Counted from the first letter of the stretch, positions 20,107-30,806 are shown. The stretch: 64,000 nucleotides of DNA from PVC group bacterium (GCA_003567005.1 PXBF01000068.1:12392-76391), one strand, 5' to 3'. The notes: generated from the letters alone by a model not told the origin. Numbers and translations are program-made.

Positions 20107-21282
20107 ATGGAAACAGAACCAAAATCCAATGTATTGCGGATTCTCTTTGTTAGCGATCATCTAGGGCATGATGCCGGGCGTATTCATGGCGCCACACGAT
20201 ACTTTTTAGATGTACTGCCTCGTTTGCATCGACAAAAGCATATAGCGCTAGATGTTGTATTCCTTCGCGAACCGCATGATTGTGCACAAGAATTGCGGGC
20301 AAAAGGTGTAAATCCCACTTTTTTATCTCGTGCAAAGCATGACCCTCGTGCGGTAACCGACTTGATACACTTGATCAGGAAACACAAAATTGACATCGTG
20401 CATTGTGCTGGGATGAAAGGCATTCTAGCTGGTAGAATGGCTGCAGGGATTACAGGCGCTATCTGTATGGATCATTTTCACGACATGATTCCGCCAACCA
20501 GAAGCATTCAGATGCTCATGCGAGCAACGCGCAAACGCAGCTCGCATTCAATCGCCATCTCTGAAGCAGTTGCGCGCTTTCTACAGACTACGTTTCATAT
20601 CCTGCCGGATCACATAACCTGTATTCGCAATGGCATCAATACAGAACGATTTACGCGAAGACCATCGCCTGAAAAACAATCCCTGCTGCGACAAACATGG
20701 AAGATTCCGGATGACGCTACCATTCTTATCTGTCTAGGGCGCCTCCACCCGCTCAAAGGGCAAGAAGATGCAATTGCTGCACTTCGCTTTTTGGACGACC
20801 CCTCGATTTGGCTTTTGATGGTAGGGGATGGACCTGACGAGTGCCGTCTGAAACAAGCAGCACAGCATGCACAAGTTGTCTTTACAGGTCAACGTACGGA
20901 TATCCCTGATTTACTGGGCATCGCGTCTCTATTGCTGGCACCCTCCAAAAGTGAAGGCTTAGGGTTGGGCGCCATGGAAGCACTATGTGCGGGCGTTCCC
21001 GTACTTGCTTATCAACAAGGTGGCCTGACAGAAATAATCGAACATCACAAAAATGGCATCCTGATACCAACCGGTGAAATAGAAAGCATGGCACAATCGA
21101 TTCGCTATTTGCTTGATAACCAAGATGTCCGCAGCAAAATGTCAAGGTATGCGCAACAAAAAGGGCAAACCTATTCTCTCGATCACCATATGGAGCAATT
21201 GACACGGCTTTATGAGACCGTGAAACTACCTCCATCACTAAGACACCGGGACCCAGTCGCCGGAAGCCAGGAACGAACATGA
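20107..21282 (+). CDS. Glycosyltransferase family 4 (GT-B, group 1)
   Basis: C-terminal GT4 motifs SKSEGLGLGAMEALCAGVPVLAY and E-x7-E (GGLTEIIEHHKNG). 391 aa. Confidence 0.85.
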   Translation: METEPKSNVLRILFVSDHLGHDAGRIHGATRYFLDVLPRLHRQKHIALDVVFLREPHDCAQELRAKGVNPTFLSRAKHDPRAVTDLIHLIRKHKIDIVHCAGMKGILAGRMAAGITGAICMDHFHDMIPPTRSIQMLMRATRKRSSHSIAISEAVARFLQTTFHILPDHITCIRNGINTERFTRRPSPEKQSLLRQTWKIPDDATILICLGRLHPLKGQEDAIAALRFLDDPSIWLLMVGDGPDECRLKQAAQHAQVVFTGQRTDIPDLLGIASLLLAPSKSEGLGLGAMEALCAGVPVLAYQQGGLTEIIEHHKNGILIPTGEIESMAQSIRYLLDNQDVRSKMSRYAQQKGQTYSLDHHMEQLTRLYETVKLPPSLRHRDPVAGSQERT

Positions 21283-22211
21283 ACTTTCTCGCCCAAAGAA
21301 TTGCCAAAAATGGTCCGGAACTACACGCCTTACTTACGGGCGGTTTACCGTATTTTATCACTGCGCGTTCCCCCGTTCCGCTTGCGGATGCCATTCCTGT
21401 GTTTTGTTACCATGTGGTGTCAGCATCTGTATTCAAGCAAGATCTGCAGTTTTTAAAAGACAACGAATACCATACTGTAACTGCAGATCAGTTGCTGAGC
21501 TGGATCGCTGGCAACGCCAGCCCCAAACAAAAGACCGTCGTACTCACTTTTGACGATGGAGCCGACAATTTTTATCGTGTCGCATTTCCGCTCCTCCGCG
21601 CTTTTCAACAAAAAGCGGTCCTGTTTATTTCGCCGGGTTTACATCGTAGCCATAAGGAAGAGCCATTGAGACAGGAGCGACCCTGCACGTGGGAAGAGCT
21701 CCAGGAGATGCATGTGTCCGGTTTCGTCGATATCCAATCCCACTCCTGGGAACACCGATCCTTGCAACATTGGCCCACACCTCTCCCCCTAACGGGCATC
21801 GACAACCAAAGCATGCAAGACCGCCGTGGAAGGCCGCTGGATATAAAGGAAGATGTAACAAAAGCACGTCATGAACTCGAAAAACGATTTACAAAATCCG
21901 TTACCCATCTGGCCTGGCCGTGCTATTATAGCGAATCGCGAAGCATACAGCTAGCAGAGGAGGCCGGTTACAAGGGATTCTGGACGGGCACCCTACCTCG
22001 CATCCCACTCATTACACCGGGGCATGATCCGCATAAAATCGTTCGCATAAGCGGCGAATTCCTGCAGCGCCTGCCGGGGAATCGCCGTAAGCCACTGACC
22101 GCGATTCTGGCCACCCGCTATAAAAATGCATACTCCCGCCTCCGAAACAGACATGCTACTCATACACAAAATGGCGCTAAGCATTGCATCGGTGGCAGTG
22201 ATGTTCTATGA
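21279..22211 (+). CDS. Polysaccharide deacetylase (NodB-homology/CE4) family protein
   Basis: VLTFDDGADNFYRVAFPLL matches the TFDDG NodB motif 1. A later His-containing motif HSWEH. 4-nt ATGA overlap with the upstream GT4. Confidence 0.8.
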   Translation: MNFLAQRIAKNGPELHALLTGGLPYFITARSPVPLADAIPVFCYHVVSASVFKQDLQFLKDNEYHTVTADQLLSWIAGNASPKQKTVVLTFDDGADNFYRVAFPLLRAFQQKAVLFISPGLHRSHKEEPLRQERPCTWEELQEMHVSGFVDIQSHSWEHRSLQHWPTPLPLTGIDNQSMQDRRGRPLDIKEDVTKARHELEKRFTKSVTHLAWPCYYSESRSIQLAEEAGYKGFWTGTLPRIPLITPGHDPHKIVRISGEFLQRLPGNRRKPLTAILATRYKNAYSRLRNRHATHTQNGAKHCIGGSDVL

Positions 22212-23660
22212 ATGCATGATCGTCACATATACCAGGTCTGCACACACACTATGAAAGCTCTACTACACTGGGTTCGCAAACAGGATTTTTCTTATGTATA
22301 TGCCTTACTTGGGGAATCAACCCTAGGGCTCATGTTTATCTTGTATGTAGTGATTGCGCGCGTGGTCGGCCCAGCACAATACGGCATCTTTTCGGCGGCA
22401 GTTGCATTAGGAGGTATCCTCGGCGTCTTCATTCAATTCGGACTACCGGTCCTGTTGACTCGATGTGTTGCCGCACAGCCAACCGAAGGCCCCCGTGCAA
22501 CCATGCGGTTTCTCCTCATACAAGTCGTAAACAGCATCCCCATTTTCATATTCCTTCCGTTATTGACCGCTGCCCTAGGTTTTTCGCGCGAAGGACTGAT
22601 TCTCTGCTACCTTATGGTCGCCGCCGAATTATGCCGGAGTATGAAAATGTCCTGGCGGAGTGTCATGAAAGGGCACAGTTGGTTCAAAATCGAATCCATC
22701 AGTGTATTCCTGGAAAGATCTTTTACGGTGATCTTATCAGCCACTATCCTTTTCGCGACGCATAGCCTTATCCTTACCACGGGAACACTTGTTCTCGCAC
22801 GGATCCTCGATAATCTCGGCACGGGTATCTTTCTAAAACAACGCCTTCGCCTATCTCATAGCCAGCAATGCGAAACCTGGGGCCATACCTACCGCCGAGC
22901 TCTCCCATTTGCCTTACACGGTTTGATGTGGGTCGTGTACTATCAAGTTGACATGATTATGCTCAAAGCGCTCGCACCTGAAGCCGAAGTGGGGTTCTAT
23001 GGCGCAGCATACCGGGTAATGGAAATATTCGGAGCCTTACCGCGCGTTGTATTTTATGTCGCCTTCACGCAGTTCGCAAAATGCCATGCAGAAGACCCAG
23101 CCACAATGCCGCACCATATTTTCAAATCCATGCGAATGCTTTTCTTGCTGATTATCCCCTGCTTGGTCATTGCAGGATACCTTCAACCGCACGTCATCCC
23201 CTTCATGTTCGGCGAGGCTTTTGTTCTTTCGGTTAGTCTACTGGCCGTTCTTTTGCCTGGCCTGGCCATAAAAATGTTCAGCACCTTGAGCGAAGAATAC
23301 TTGTTGGCCACAGAACGGGAAAAGCAACTGCCGTATCTACTACTCATTGTATCGATAACAAATATTGCCACAAACATGATTCTGATTCCACGCATGGGCG
23401 CTATGGGTGCCGCAATCGCCACGGTCGTGAGCGAAGCGGTATTCTGCTTCCTCGGCATCATCATGTTGCTGAAAAGTCCCATTCGCCGCATGGCTGTTGG
23501 CATTTCGATCCTTGTCTTGCCAACAATCGCTATCGCTACGGCACCATCGCTCTACCTTGCCGGAATCCCCATACTCTCCACGCTCGGCATTCTCGCATTT
23601 AGCATATCCGCAGTATGGTTCATGATGAGCACGCTATCCCGGCAAACCCAGTCCCGTTAG
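22212..23660 (+). CDS. Wzx-type oligosaccharide flippase (MOP/polysaccharide biosynthesis protein family); alternative start at 22254
   Basis: 482 aa with about 12-14 TM helices. N-terminal YGIFSAAVALGGILGVF typical of PST/Wzx. Starts immediately after the deacetylase stop. Confidence 0.7.
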   Translation: MHDRHIYQVCTHTMKALLHWVRKQDFSYVYALLGESTLGLMFILYVVIARVVGPAQYGIFSAAVALGGILGVFIQFGLPVLLTRCVAAQPTEGPRATMRFLLIQVVNSIPIFIFLPLLTAALGFSREGLILCYLMVAAELCRSMKMSWRSVMKGHSWFKIESISVFLERSFTVILSATILFATHSLILTTGTLVLARILDNLGTGIFLKQRLRLSHSQQCETWGHTYRRALPFALHGLMWVVYYQVDMIMLKALAPEAEVGFYGAAYRVMEIFGALPRVVFYVAFTQFAKCHAEDPATMPHHIFKSMRMLFLLIIPCLVIAGYLQPHVIPFMFGEAFVLSVSLLAVLLPGLAIKMFSTLSEEYLLATEREKQLPYLLLIVSITNIATNMILIPRMGAMGAAIATVVSEAVFCFLGIIMLLKSPIRRMAVGISILVLPTIAIATAPSLYLAGIPILSTLGILAFSISAVWFMMSTLSRQTQSR

Positions 23661-26218
23661 TCTAGCCGCTCGATTTCCATTCTCTTGACTTCAATAGAGG
23701 CCGCACGATTATATTCATACGCAAGTGTCATCGGCAAAAAAGCGGTTTGATGAAAAAGGATCTCGGCAACAGTCTGTCCCCCATATACCTCTACTTCATG
23801 CGTATTCCCAGCAGCAGCATCTTCACGAAAGCGGATCGAACCAAGAGAAACATCGTCATCCGCGCGATAAACCAATCGCACAGCATAGCTGCCTATCGGT
23901 AGTGGTAATCGCGGACCATACAACACGACATTTGCAGGAACAGATTCCGGGCGCAGCATCACGCTATTTGCCGCGAGATCAGTATAGCCAGCGCGAAACA
24001 GTGTCGGCGCTGGAATCGCGAATGTGTCCCCCACCTCTAAAGCATCCGGCACACGACCTTTGGCAATATACACTTGGTCTACGTCGATCTGCCCCTCCTG
24101 CAACGCAAGGGTAAACGAGAGGTTGGTAGAAAATCCAGAAAAAGAAGAATATGGTATATCAAACCAGGTCCAGTCCGTAGATTCAACAGGATAAGACGCC
24201 TGCACGATTTCCTCTTCTATCCGCATCGAGCGTTGCAAAACACCCTTTCCGCGTAAACGCGCAGACACCCGCAAACCATCCAGATCATGCATCCCCCAAT
24301 CAGGAATCTTTATCCCTTGGTTTGGTGCTGCTAGACGCAAGAAAGGCGCACCACCACGATTGGGGTCGGCATGAGTCGCAATGTCCGCAGACAAAGCAAT
24401 ACGCGTTGCATCCCACCGATAGGTTATCGATGCAGTGTCCCAATCCACTACCTTCTCATTTGCGCTATCGGCAGTTTCCCGAATTTCAAAGGCCCAGACT
24501 GATCGATCTTGTGTAAGATAACGAAGACGATCATGCGCAAGAAAAAGCTGTAATGTCTGCGCCACGCCAAATGGACTTACGCGTTCAGGAAATGCATCCT
24601 CATGCAAGAGCAGATGACGAATCCCCATATCAAGGAGCGCATCCAGTTGCGCATCAGAGGCATAACCACGATTCAAACTGATAAAACGATAAAAAACATC
24701 ATCAATATAGCGTTGCGATACATTCGGGCTATATCCATTGAGCATTCGGATACGATACATCATACCGTAATACTGATACAAAGAAGACCAATGCGTATCA
24801 CCTGGCCATAAAACGATCGCTAGCGCGCGGGGATCCTCGCCGTGCAGCGCTGCGTTGTCCACAACAGCTTGATAGGCTGCTTGTTCACGATCCAACAAAC
24901 TGATTGTGGGTTCAACACGCAATCCCACTTCCAAAACCATACAAGCAACAGCAATGCCGCTTACCATGCGAACCCAGCGTAACCGTTTTGCATGGATGAT
25001 CGTAAGCGCACCAGCCATAAATACCGCGACCAAGGAAGGAAGCAATACTAATATTTTGGCTGGTTGCCGGATCATGCGATAGGGCGGAACGACACGTCCC
25101 AACCGTTCCCACCAGACCTCAGCTGCATAAACTGGCATTCTTGGGCCAAGCGCCAATAATAGTACCCCTAATACCCCAACCAGCAATCCACAAAAAAGAA
25201 GGTCCTTGCGACGACGATCCGCCTCTTTTTGTGCAACAAGTCGACGGAACAAGATTACGGCTCCAAGAACCATGCTTAAGAAGATGGTCCAAGTAAGATA
25301 TACATAGCTATAAGGATCCAACGCGCCGCGAAAGAGATAAGACTGCCAGACAGGTGAAAACAATCGGACCTCATCAATCGTGCGCCCGCCAGACATGGCT
25401 GTGTCTTCCAACCCTTGCCGCACAAACCAAGCTTGCAGCAACACGAGCACAGCAAATCCGACAAAAGGAAGCATGCCCGAAACAATGCTACGAAAACGTT
25501 GCATCGACAAAGACCATCCATCATATAAATACAACCAAACGCACCAGAATGGAGCAAGCAACGCAAGAAAGAAGAACACATGCATATCGGCCCATCCGGA
25601 AAGCAAGAACACAAGTCCTGCCATGGCGCCCCCTCGCATACGCCCGTTGCGTATAGCCCAGTCTAATCCGAGCAAAAAGAATGGTACGTACGCCATTCCG
25701 AAACCAGTAGGACTCCCATGCAAAAAGGTTGCAAGTCGGTACGGGAAAAGTGTGACGACCGTACTGATCCCCCATTGTATAAATGAATCACGACAATATC
25801 GCCGAATGAGCAACAAGGTCCCCAAAAGGGTAAGCCATAATGATAGCAGCCCCGTAAGATTCCATCCAAATGCGCTACCGCCCGCAAAAGACCCCAAAGC
25901 ATAAATTGCAGAAAAGGGCATATAATAGAAATCGGGCACAAAGCGATCCGCATCCACGCCCTCATTAAATTCATAGAGATTATGAAACCATGGCGTCTCC
26001 CCGCGAATGAAGTCAGCAGCGAGCTGAAAGAAATAGAGCAACTGCAAATGATCGCCAGCGATCATTTCTCTTGCCCCACCGAGCTCTGGGGTATGCGATG
26101 AGGGAATCCCCGTGCTGGCGTAACGAGCCAGAGGCCACGTGATAATACTACTACATACCAACGCAATCAAAAGCGTACCAAATCCAATTGCCACACTGCG
26201 TTTCCAATCAGACGTCAT
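23657..26218 (-). CDS. Large GT-C/YfhO-like membrane protein with an extracytoplasmic C-terminal domain
   Basis: Polytopic N-terminal half and soluble C-terminal roughly 400 aa. The chosen start ATG at 26218 is preceded by AGGAA. The ORF-track start at 26296 would overlap the next GT4 and was not used. Confidence 0.5.
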   Translation of the reverse strand: MTSDWKRSVAIGFGTLLIALVCSSIITWPLARYASTGIPSSHTPELGGAREMIAGDHLQLLYFFQLAADFIRGETPWFHNLYEFNEGVDADRFVPDFYYMPFSAIYALGSFAGGSAFGWNLTGLLSLWLTLLGTLLLIRRYCRDSFIQWGISTVVTLFPYRLATFLHGSPTGFGMAYVPFFLLGLDWAIRNGRMRGGAMAGLVFLLSGWADMHVFFFLALLAPFWCVWLYLYDGWSLSMQRFRSIVSGMLPFVGFAVLVLLQAWFVRQGLEDTAMSGGRTIDEVRLFSPVWQSYLFRGALDPYSYVYLTWTIFLSMVLGAVILFRRLVAQKEADRRRKDLLFCGLLVGVLGVLLLALGPRMPVYAAEVWWERLGRVVPPYRMIRQPAKILVLLPSLVAVFMAGALTIIHAKRLRWVRMVSGIAVACMVLEVGLRVEPTISLLDREQAAYQAVVDNAALHGEDPRALAIVLWPGDTHWSSLYQYYGMMYRIRMLNGYSPNVSQRYIDDVFYRFISLNRGYASDAQLDALLDMGIRHLLLHEDAFPERVSPFGVAQTLQLFLAHDRLRYLTQDRSVWAFEIRETADSANEKVVDWDTASITYRWDATRIALSADIATHADPNRGGAPFLRLAAPNQGIKIPDWGMHDLDGLRVSARLRGKGVLQRSMRIEEEIVQASYPVESTDWTWFDIPYSSFSGFSTNLSFTLALQEGQIDVDQVYIAKGRVPDALEVGDTFAIPAPTLFRAGYTDLAANSVMLRPESVPANVVLYGPRLPLPIGSYAVRLVYRADDDVSLGSIRFREDAAAGNTHEVEVYGGQTVAEILFHQTAFLPMTLAYEYNRAASIEVKRMEIERLD

Positions 26219-26286
26219 ACATCCATTCCTTTCGTACCCGAAAAAATCAATACATCCTGTTCGCACGGGCCATCGCTCGATGCCGT

Positions 26287-27459
26287 TTAAGCACACAACT
26301 CCTCGTATACCTTGCCAAGCTCGCGCTTGAAGTAGGCAAAATTATATTTTTCCTGTATCAGCCGCATCCCGCCTACTCCCAATTTCTCACGCAGATTCTC
26401 ATCCTCGACCAACCGAAGCATGGCTTGAGCATAGCTGGCCGCATCGGCCGCTCCAAATACGGCTGTCGATTCATTCAAAATTTGACGGTTGGCCTCATTC
26501 TCCGTGGCAACGATCGGACGCGCAGCTTTCAGATAATCAAGAATTTTAAGTGGTGTATTGGTCCCGGCAATTCGTGGTGACAAAAGAATATCCGACCCAG
26601 CCAATATATCCGGCAAACGATCAGGAGGGATCAATCCTGCAAAATGGACACAATGCGCGCAGCCAGCTTGCTGCATCTGCTCCTTACGGGAGGCTATCTG
26701 CGCAGGCGAACCACCGATAATAACAAAACGGGCCCGCGGATCGGCGCGGCAGACAATAGGAATACTCGAAAAAAGCAAATCAATCCCCTGATATACGGCA
26801 AAAGACCCAACGTATGTCAAAAGGATATCGTTCGCATGTTTTACTAATGCTTTCCGTTGGGTAGATGCACACTCCGGCGAACTTTCTGCAAGCGACGAAG
26901 GGATGTCGGGAATTTCAACCACGGTTTTGTCCGGACACAGCGCGGCCGCGTATTCGGCCAATTTGGGTCCTGTGCCAATGACCGCCGTTGCACGCCGAAT
27001 CGTCCATCGTTCCACCGCCGCATACATGCGCATGACAACATTGCGCAAGTACCCCTTACGATAGGAACGCGGATCCGAATGTTTTTCAAAAACAAATGGA
27101 AGGTCATACCGCCGTGCCAACCAAGCACACACAGCACCGGTATCTTCAACCCCATGCAAACATGTATACACTTCGTTGCGTAACATACTACGGGCACGTA
27201 AGAGCAAAAGAACATCAAACAGGATTTTTGAAATGGATGGCCCGATCGGGAGATTTCTGACCCCCGGAATCGACCGGGTGCGCACAATCGTAACCCCCTG
27301 ATAACCGGGGTCTTCACCAAAAGGTGGCACGAGCAGATCGACCACATATCCCAGTTGCACTAATGCCTGTACATCAAAGCCGACGCGAATGGGCGACCCG
27401 CGCCATTGAAAAAAGGGCTGGGAAACAACAAACAAAACGCGCTTTTTAAACCTTGGCAT
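26287..27459 (-). CDS. Glycosyltransferase family 4 (GT-B, group 1)
   Basis: GT4 motifs FVIIGGSPAQ, SDILLSPRIAGTNTPLKILDYLKAARPIVATE. 390 aa. Confidence 0.85.
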   Translation of the reverse strand: MPRFKKRVLFVVSQPFFQWRGSPIRVGFDVQALVQLGYVVDLLVPPFGEDPGYQGVTIVRTRSIPGVRNLPIGPSISKILFDVLLLLRARSMLRNEVYTCLHGVEDTGAVCAWLARRYDLPFVFEKHSDPRSYRKGYLRNVVMRMYAAVERWTIRRATAVIGTGPKLAEYAAALCPDKTVVEIPDIPSSLAESSPECASTQRKALVKHANDILLTYVGSFAVYQGIDLLFSSIPIVCRADPRARFVIIGGSPAQIASRKEQMQQAGCAHCVHFAGLIPPDRLPDILAGSDILLSPRIAGTNTPLKILDYLKAARPIVATENEANRQILNESTAVFGAADAASYAQAMLRLVEDENLREKLGVGGMRLIQEKYNFAYFKRELGKVYEELCA

Positions 27460-27629
27460 ACAATCTCCTTGTACGACAAAGCACTACCAAAAAGGATACG
27501 GAAAAGGAATACTTAGTTTGCTCGTGATTGTGTTTTCCTCTATGCTCTCTGGCTTAGCAGCTATGCAGCAGTAGAAGGTTGAATATTTTTTTGTCCCTAA
27601 CATCGTGACACCGCGGAGAGGAGTGAATG

Positions 27630-28619
27630 ATGCAATGCGCCATTGTGACCGGAGCCGGCGGCTTCACCGGAAGCAAACTCTGTCGACATTTACTCGAACA
27701 TAAGGTTCGTGTGAAGGCCATGATACGGCCAGAGGCGAATACGGACAGACTGAAAGACCTCGATGTCGAAATCGTGCGCGGGGACATCGGACACGATGAT
27801 GGTCTTTCCTCAATCGACTTCCAACATGTGGATACCGTTTTCCATATTGCTGCAATGTACCGGCAAGAGGGCGCCACCCGAGACGTCTTTCGAAACATAA
27901 ATGTGAATGGAACCAAACGTATTCTCAAAAAAGCATCGGCAGCAAGGGTCAAGCGATTTGTACATTGTAGCACAGCAGGTGTCCACGGCTGGATTGATCG
28001 CGAAAACCCCGCTAACGAAAACGCACCTTTTCGCCCCGGAGACTGGTATCAGGAGACAAAACTGGAAGGAGAACAGTGCGCAACCGAATGGGGCAAATTG
28101 CACAACCTTCCCGTAACCGTGATTCGGCCTACGGCAATCTGCGGCCCCGGAGACACACGGTTCTTAAAGCTTTTTCGGGCCATTCATCGTCGACGCTTTG
28201 TCATGATCGGGAGTGGCCGGCACCATTATCACTTTGTCCATGTAGATGACTTAGCCCAAGGATTCATCAAAGCCGCACAAAGCGAAAAAGCGGCGGGCGA
28301 AACCTTCATCATCCCGGGACCCTACTCCATCACGCTTCAGGTCATGGTGGCATATATATGCCAGATCCTTGATGCCCCGCTCCCACACTTGCGTATCCCT
28401 GTATTTCCGGTAACGCTGGCTGCCCATACCTGCGCTGCCATCTGTAAACGTATCGGAATTACGCCTCCTTTGTATCCACGCAGAGTTGATTTCTTTACCA
28501 AGCATCGCTCATATGATGGAAGCAAAGCGCATACCCTACTTGCGTATCAGCCACGCATTTCCCCATTCGAAGCACTATCGCAAATGGGCGCATGGTACCG
28601 GGAGCATAAACTCTTATAA
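27630..28619 (+). CDS. NAD-dependent epimerase/dehydratase (extended SDR)
   Basis: Gly-rich VTGAGGFTGS NAD-binding loop. YxxxK (HYHFVHVDD region). RBS GGAGAGGAG upstream. Confidence 0.85.
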   Translation: MQCAIVTGAGGFTGSKLCRHLLEHKVRVKAMIRPEANTDRLKDLDVEIVRGDIGHDDGLSSIDFQHVDTVFHIAAMYRQEGATRDVFRNINVNGTKRILKKASAARVKRFVHCSTAGVHGWIDRENPANENAPFRPGDWYQETKLEGEQCATEWGKLHNLPVTVIRPTAICGPGDTRFLKLFRAIHRRRFVMIGSGRHHYHFVHVDDLAQGFIKAAQSEKAAGETFIIPGPYSITLQVMVAYICQILDAPLPHLRIPVFPVTLAAHTCAAICKRIGITPPLYPRRVDFFTKHRSYDGSKAHTLLAYQPRISPFEALSQMGAWYREHKLL

Positions 28620-28639
28620 TCCTGCAGAAAGGAGCATAT

Positions 28640-29176
28640 ATGCCTTCCCCTTACGCTCACACAGTCGCTGGTGTCATCCTCGCAACACCGTGGTTGCAAA
28701 ACAAACAGATTGCCCTTAAACATAAAGAGGATATTGCTACCATACTCGGTTTTTCCCTTGCTCCCGACCTCGACGTAATCCCTGGCTTTATCACTAATGA
28801 TCTACCCTCGTATCACAACCAATTTTCTCATAGCATCCTGTTTGGCATAAGCATATGCCTCATATATGCTGGATTCCGTTTACTCCTTCCTGCCCCTAAG
28901 TCTTTTATGAGAACCGCAATCATAGCTGCATCCGCATATGGTTTACACCTACTCATGGATTTGTTTACCTATGGGCGCGGTCTAAAATTATTTTGGCCCA
29001 TTACCAACCAGCGCTTCCACCCCCCCTTTTTGCTTTTCTACGGCGTACGCCACTCAGAAGGTTGGTTTTCCTATCACCATTGGATTACGATTGCAACGGA
29101 ATCACTTACCATGCTGCCACTGTTAGCTGTGGCATGGTTGTTTGCAAGACAAAGGAGAACATGCAATGAGCAATGA
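28640..29176 (+). CDS. Membrane-bound metal-dependent hydrolase, DUF457/YdjM family
   Basis: N-terminal MPSPYAHTVAG matches the DUF457 M-x-x-x-x-H start. 178 aa with 4-5 TM helices and conserved His/Asp. Confidence 0.55.
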   Translation: MPSPYAHTVAGVILATPWLQNKQIALKHKEDIATILGFSLAPDLDVIPGFITNDLPSYHNQFSHSILFGISICLIYAGFRLLLPAPKSFMRTAIIAASAYGLHLLMDLFTYGRGLKLFWPITNQRFHPPFLLFYGVRHSEGWFSYHHWITIATESLTMLPLLAVAWLFARQRRTCNEQ

Positions 29177-29930
29177 TGTATCAATGCCACATAACCTCCC
29201 CCATCCACCCATGGCAGATATCGAAACCGCGTCTGAAGACTACGCAACGCGTTTTGCAGGCCCCTCTGGCAAATGGTTACTCAAGATACAAGAGAGAGGT
29301 GTACGCTATGCCCTCAAACGAGCTACCCATACGCCAACCGTGCTGGATGTAGGGGGGGGGCACGCACAATTAACCCATGTGTATCTGGAACAAGAACGGA
29401 ACGTAACCATTGCTGGAAGCGCTGCTGAACCGGCTGGACGATTACAAACATTTCTTTCAAATCCGAATTGTAAATATCAATACGCAAATTTGTTGCAATT
29501 ACCATACCCCAAAAAAAGTTTTCAACTAGTTGCCTCTTTCCGGTTATTGACCCATTGTGAGCAATGGGAACAACTCGTAGAACAACTCTGCCGCGTCTCG
29601 CAACAGTATGTAATGATCGATTACCCCACTTCTCAAAGCATAAATGCTATTGCGCCCGCTCTGTTTGATGCAAAAAAGAAAATCGAAAAAAACACACGTT
29701 ACTGGCGCTCTTTCCGCCACAAGGAAGTCGATGCAGCCTTTTCTGAGCATGGATTCAAACGTATTACCACATACAAGCAGTTTTTCTTTCCCATGGCATT
29801 GCACCGCATGCTGCAATGCCGCCCACTGAGCTGCGTCATCGAAGGGATCGCGCGAGCATCCGGTTTAACTCGCTGGCTCGGTTCTCCGGTCATCGCCCTC
29901 TACCAGTTTGCGAATACAGAAGAAGATTGA
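29166..29930 (+). CDS. Class I SAM-dependent methyltransferase
   Basis: Motif I VLDVGGGHAQ. The GGG is encoded by a G9 homopolymer at 29352-29360. About 255 aa. Confidence 0.75.
   Translation: MSNDVSMPHNLPHPPMADIETASEDYATRFAGPSGKWLLKIQERGVRYALKRATHTPTVLDVGGGHAQLTHVYLEQERNVTIAGSAAEPAGRLQTFLSNPNCKYQYANLLQLPYPKKSFQLVASFRLLTHCEQWEQLVEQLCRVSQQYVMIDYPTSQSINAIAPALFDAKKKIEKNTRYWRSFRHKEVDAAFSEHGFKRITTYKQFFFPMALHRMLQCRPLSCVIEGIARASGLTRWLGSPVIALYQFANTEED
29352..29360 (+). repeat. Poly-G(9) homopolymeric tract inside the methyltransferase coding sequence
   Basis: Nine consecutive G encoding Gly-Gly-Gly of SAM-binding motif I. Candidate slipped-strand mispairing site. Confidence 0.6.
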
Positions 29931-30065
29931 CCCTACGCTGTTTTGCTGTATGTTTAAAACCATGTCTGGTAGAGACATGGAAAGGAGGCATGATAATACC
30001 ACCGATTCATGACGAGTACGTTACAAATCAAACAATGTCTAAAAAAATATATAAGGAGACCAGTT

Positions 30066-30692
30066 ATGTTACATAAAATGTCTATTACCATGTTAGCGTT
30101 GATTCTCGCTACGCCAGCCCTGGCAATTGTTAGCCAACCCATTGCAGAAGATGCGTCGGTAACGCCTGCGGGAACCATTCGCATGAGTGGCGGTGTCACG
30201 CTGGAAAGCGATTTCCAAATGTACGGCGTGCGGGGATCCTACACGCTCATTGATGGGTTAACGGCATTTTTGGGTGCTGGTATTGCGGATCCCGACTTCT
30301 GGGGAACCGGCCCATACATTCAGGCAGGGGGTTCCTACGCACTACCTAACTTAGATTTACCCGTAGACCTCGCGCTTCGCGGCGGACTTGGGTTTACAAC
30401 GTTTAGCCGAGGAGGCGCTGATCTGGATATCACCAGCTTCAATGGTGGTCTACTCGCAAGCGCACCTGTGCACGATATGGTTACGCTCTATGGATTTGGT
30501 GGCTTGAGTATTGTGCGGACCGAAGTGAGTGGAAGTTTTGCTGGTTTCAGAAGCTCCACAAGCGATACGGACACGGAGCCAGCCATTGCCGTTGGTGGTA
30601 TGTTTGACTTGGATCAAAATATCTCCTTCTATGGAGAGCTTGCACACATAGATGAACTCTTTATCAGTGTAGGCGCCCGCTACACATTCTAA
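30066..30692 (+). CDS. Small outer-membrane beta-barrel protein (OmpW/OmpA-beta-barrel-like)
   Basis: AAGGAGA RBS 6 nt upstream. Signal peptide MSITMLALILATPALA. Alternating amphipathic strands. C-terminal YTF with terminal Phe. Confidence 0.6.
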   Translation: MLHKMSITMLALILATPALAIVSQPIAEDASVTPAGTIRMSGGVTLESDFQMYGVRGSYTLIDGLTAFLGAGIADPDFWGTGPYIQAGGSYALPNLDLPVDLALRGGLGFTTFSRGGADLDITSFNGGLLASAPVHDMVTLYGFGGLSIVRTEVSGSFAGFRSSTSDTDTEPAIAVGGMFDLDQNISFYGELAHIDELFISVGARYTF

Positions 30693-30706
30693 AAACCGTT
30701 CCTTGC

Positions 30707-30760
30707 GAAGCCTGCGTGTAAGCCAAAGGCCTATGCACGCAGGCTTCTTGTTTCCCGCTT
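30707..30760 (+). terminator. Rho-independent terminator
   Basis: Perfect 12-bp stem GAAGCCTGCGTG ... CACGCAGGCTTC (30707-30718 and 30736-30747) followed by TTGTTTCCCGCTTTTCAC. Confidence 0.7.
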
Positions 30761-30806
30761 TTCACATTTCTACCTTTTCCAGCTCCAGTATGGTAATTAT
30801 ACGTTT

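Noticed and set aside
20882-21394. 170-aa minus-strand ORF
   Set aside because: Antisense across the GT4/deacetylase junction, where both sense genes have strong family motifs.
26844-27347. 167-aa minus-strand ORF
   Set aside because: Alternative frame fully nested inside the GT4 gene 26287-27459, which carries the family motifs.
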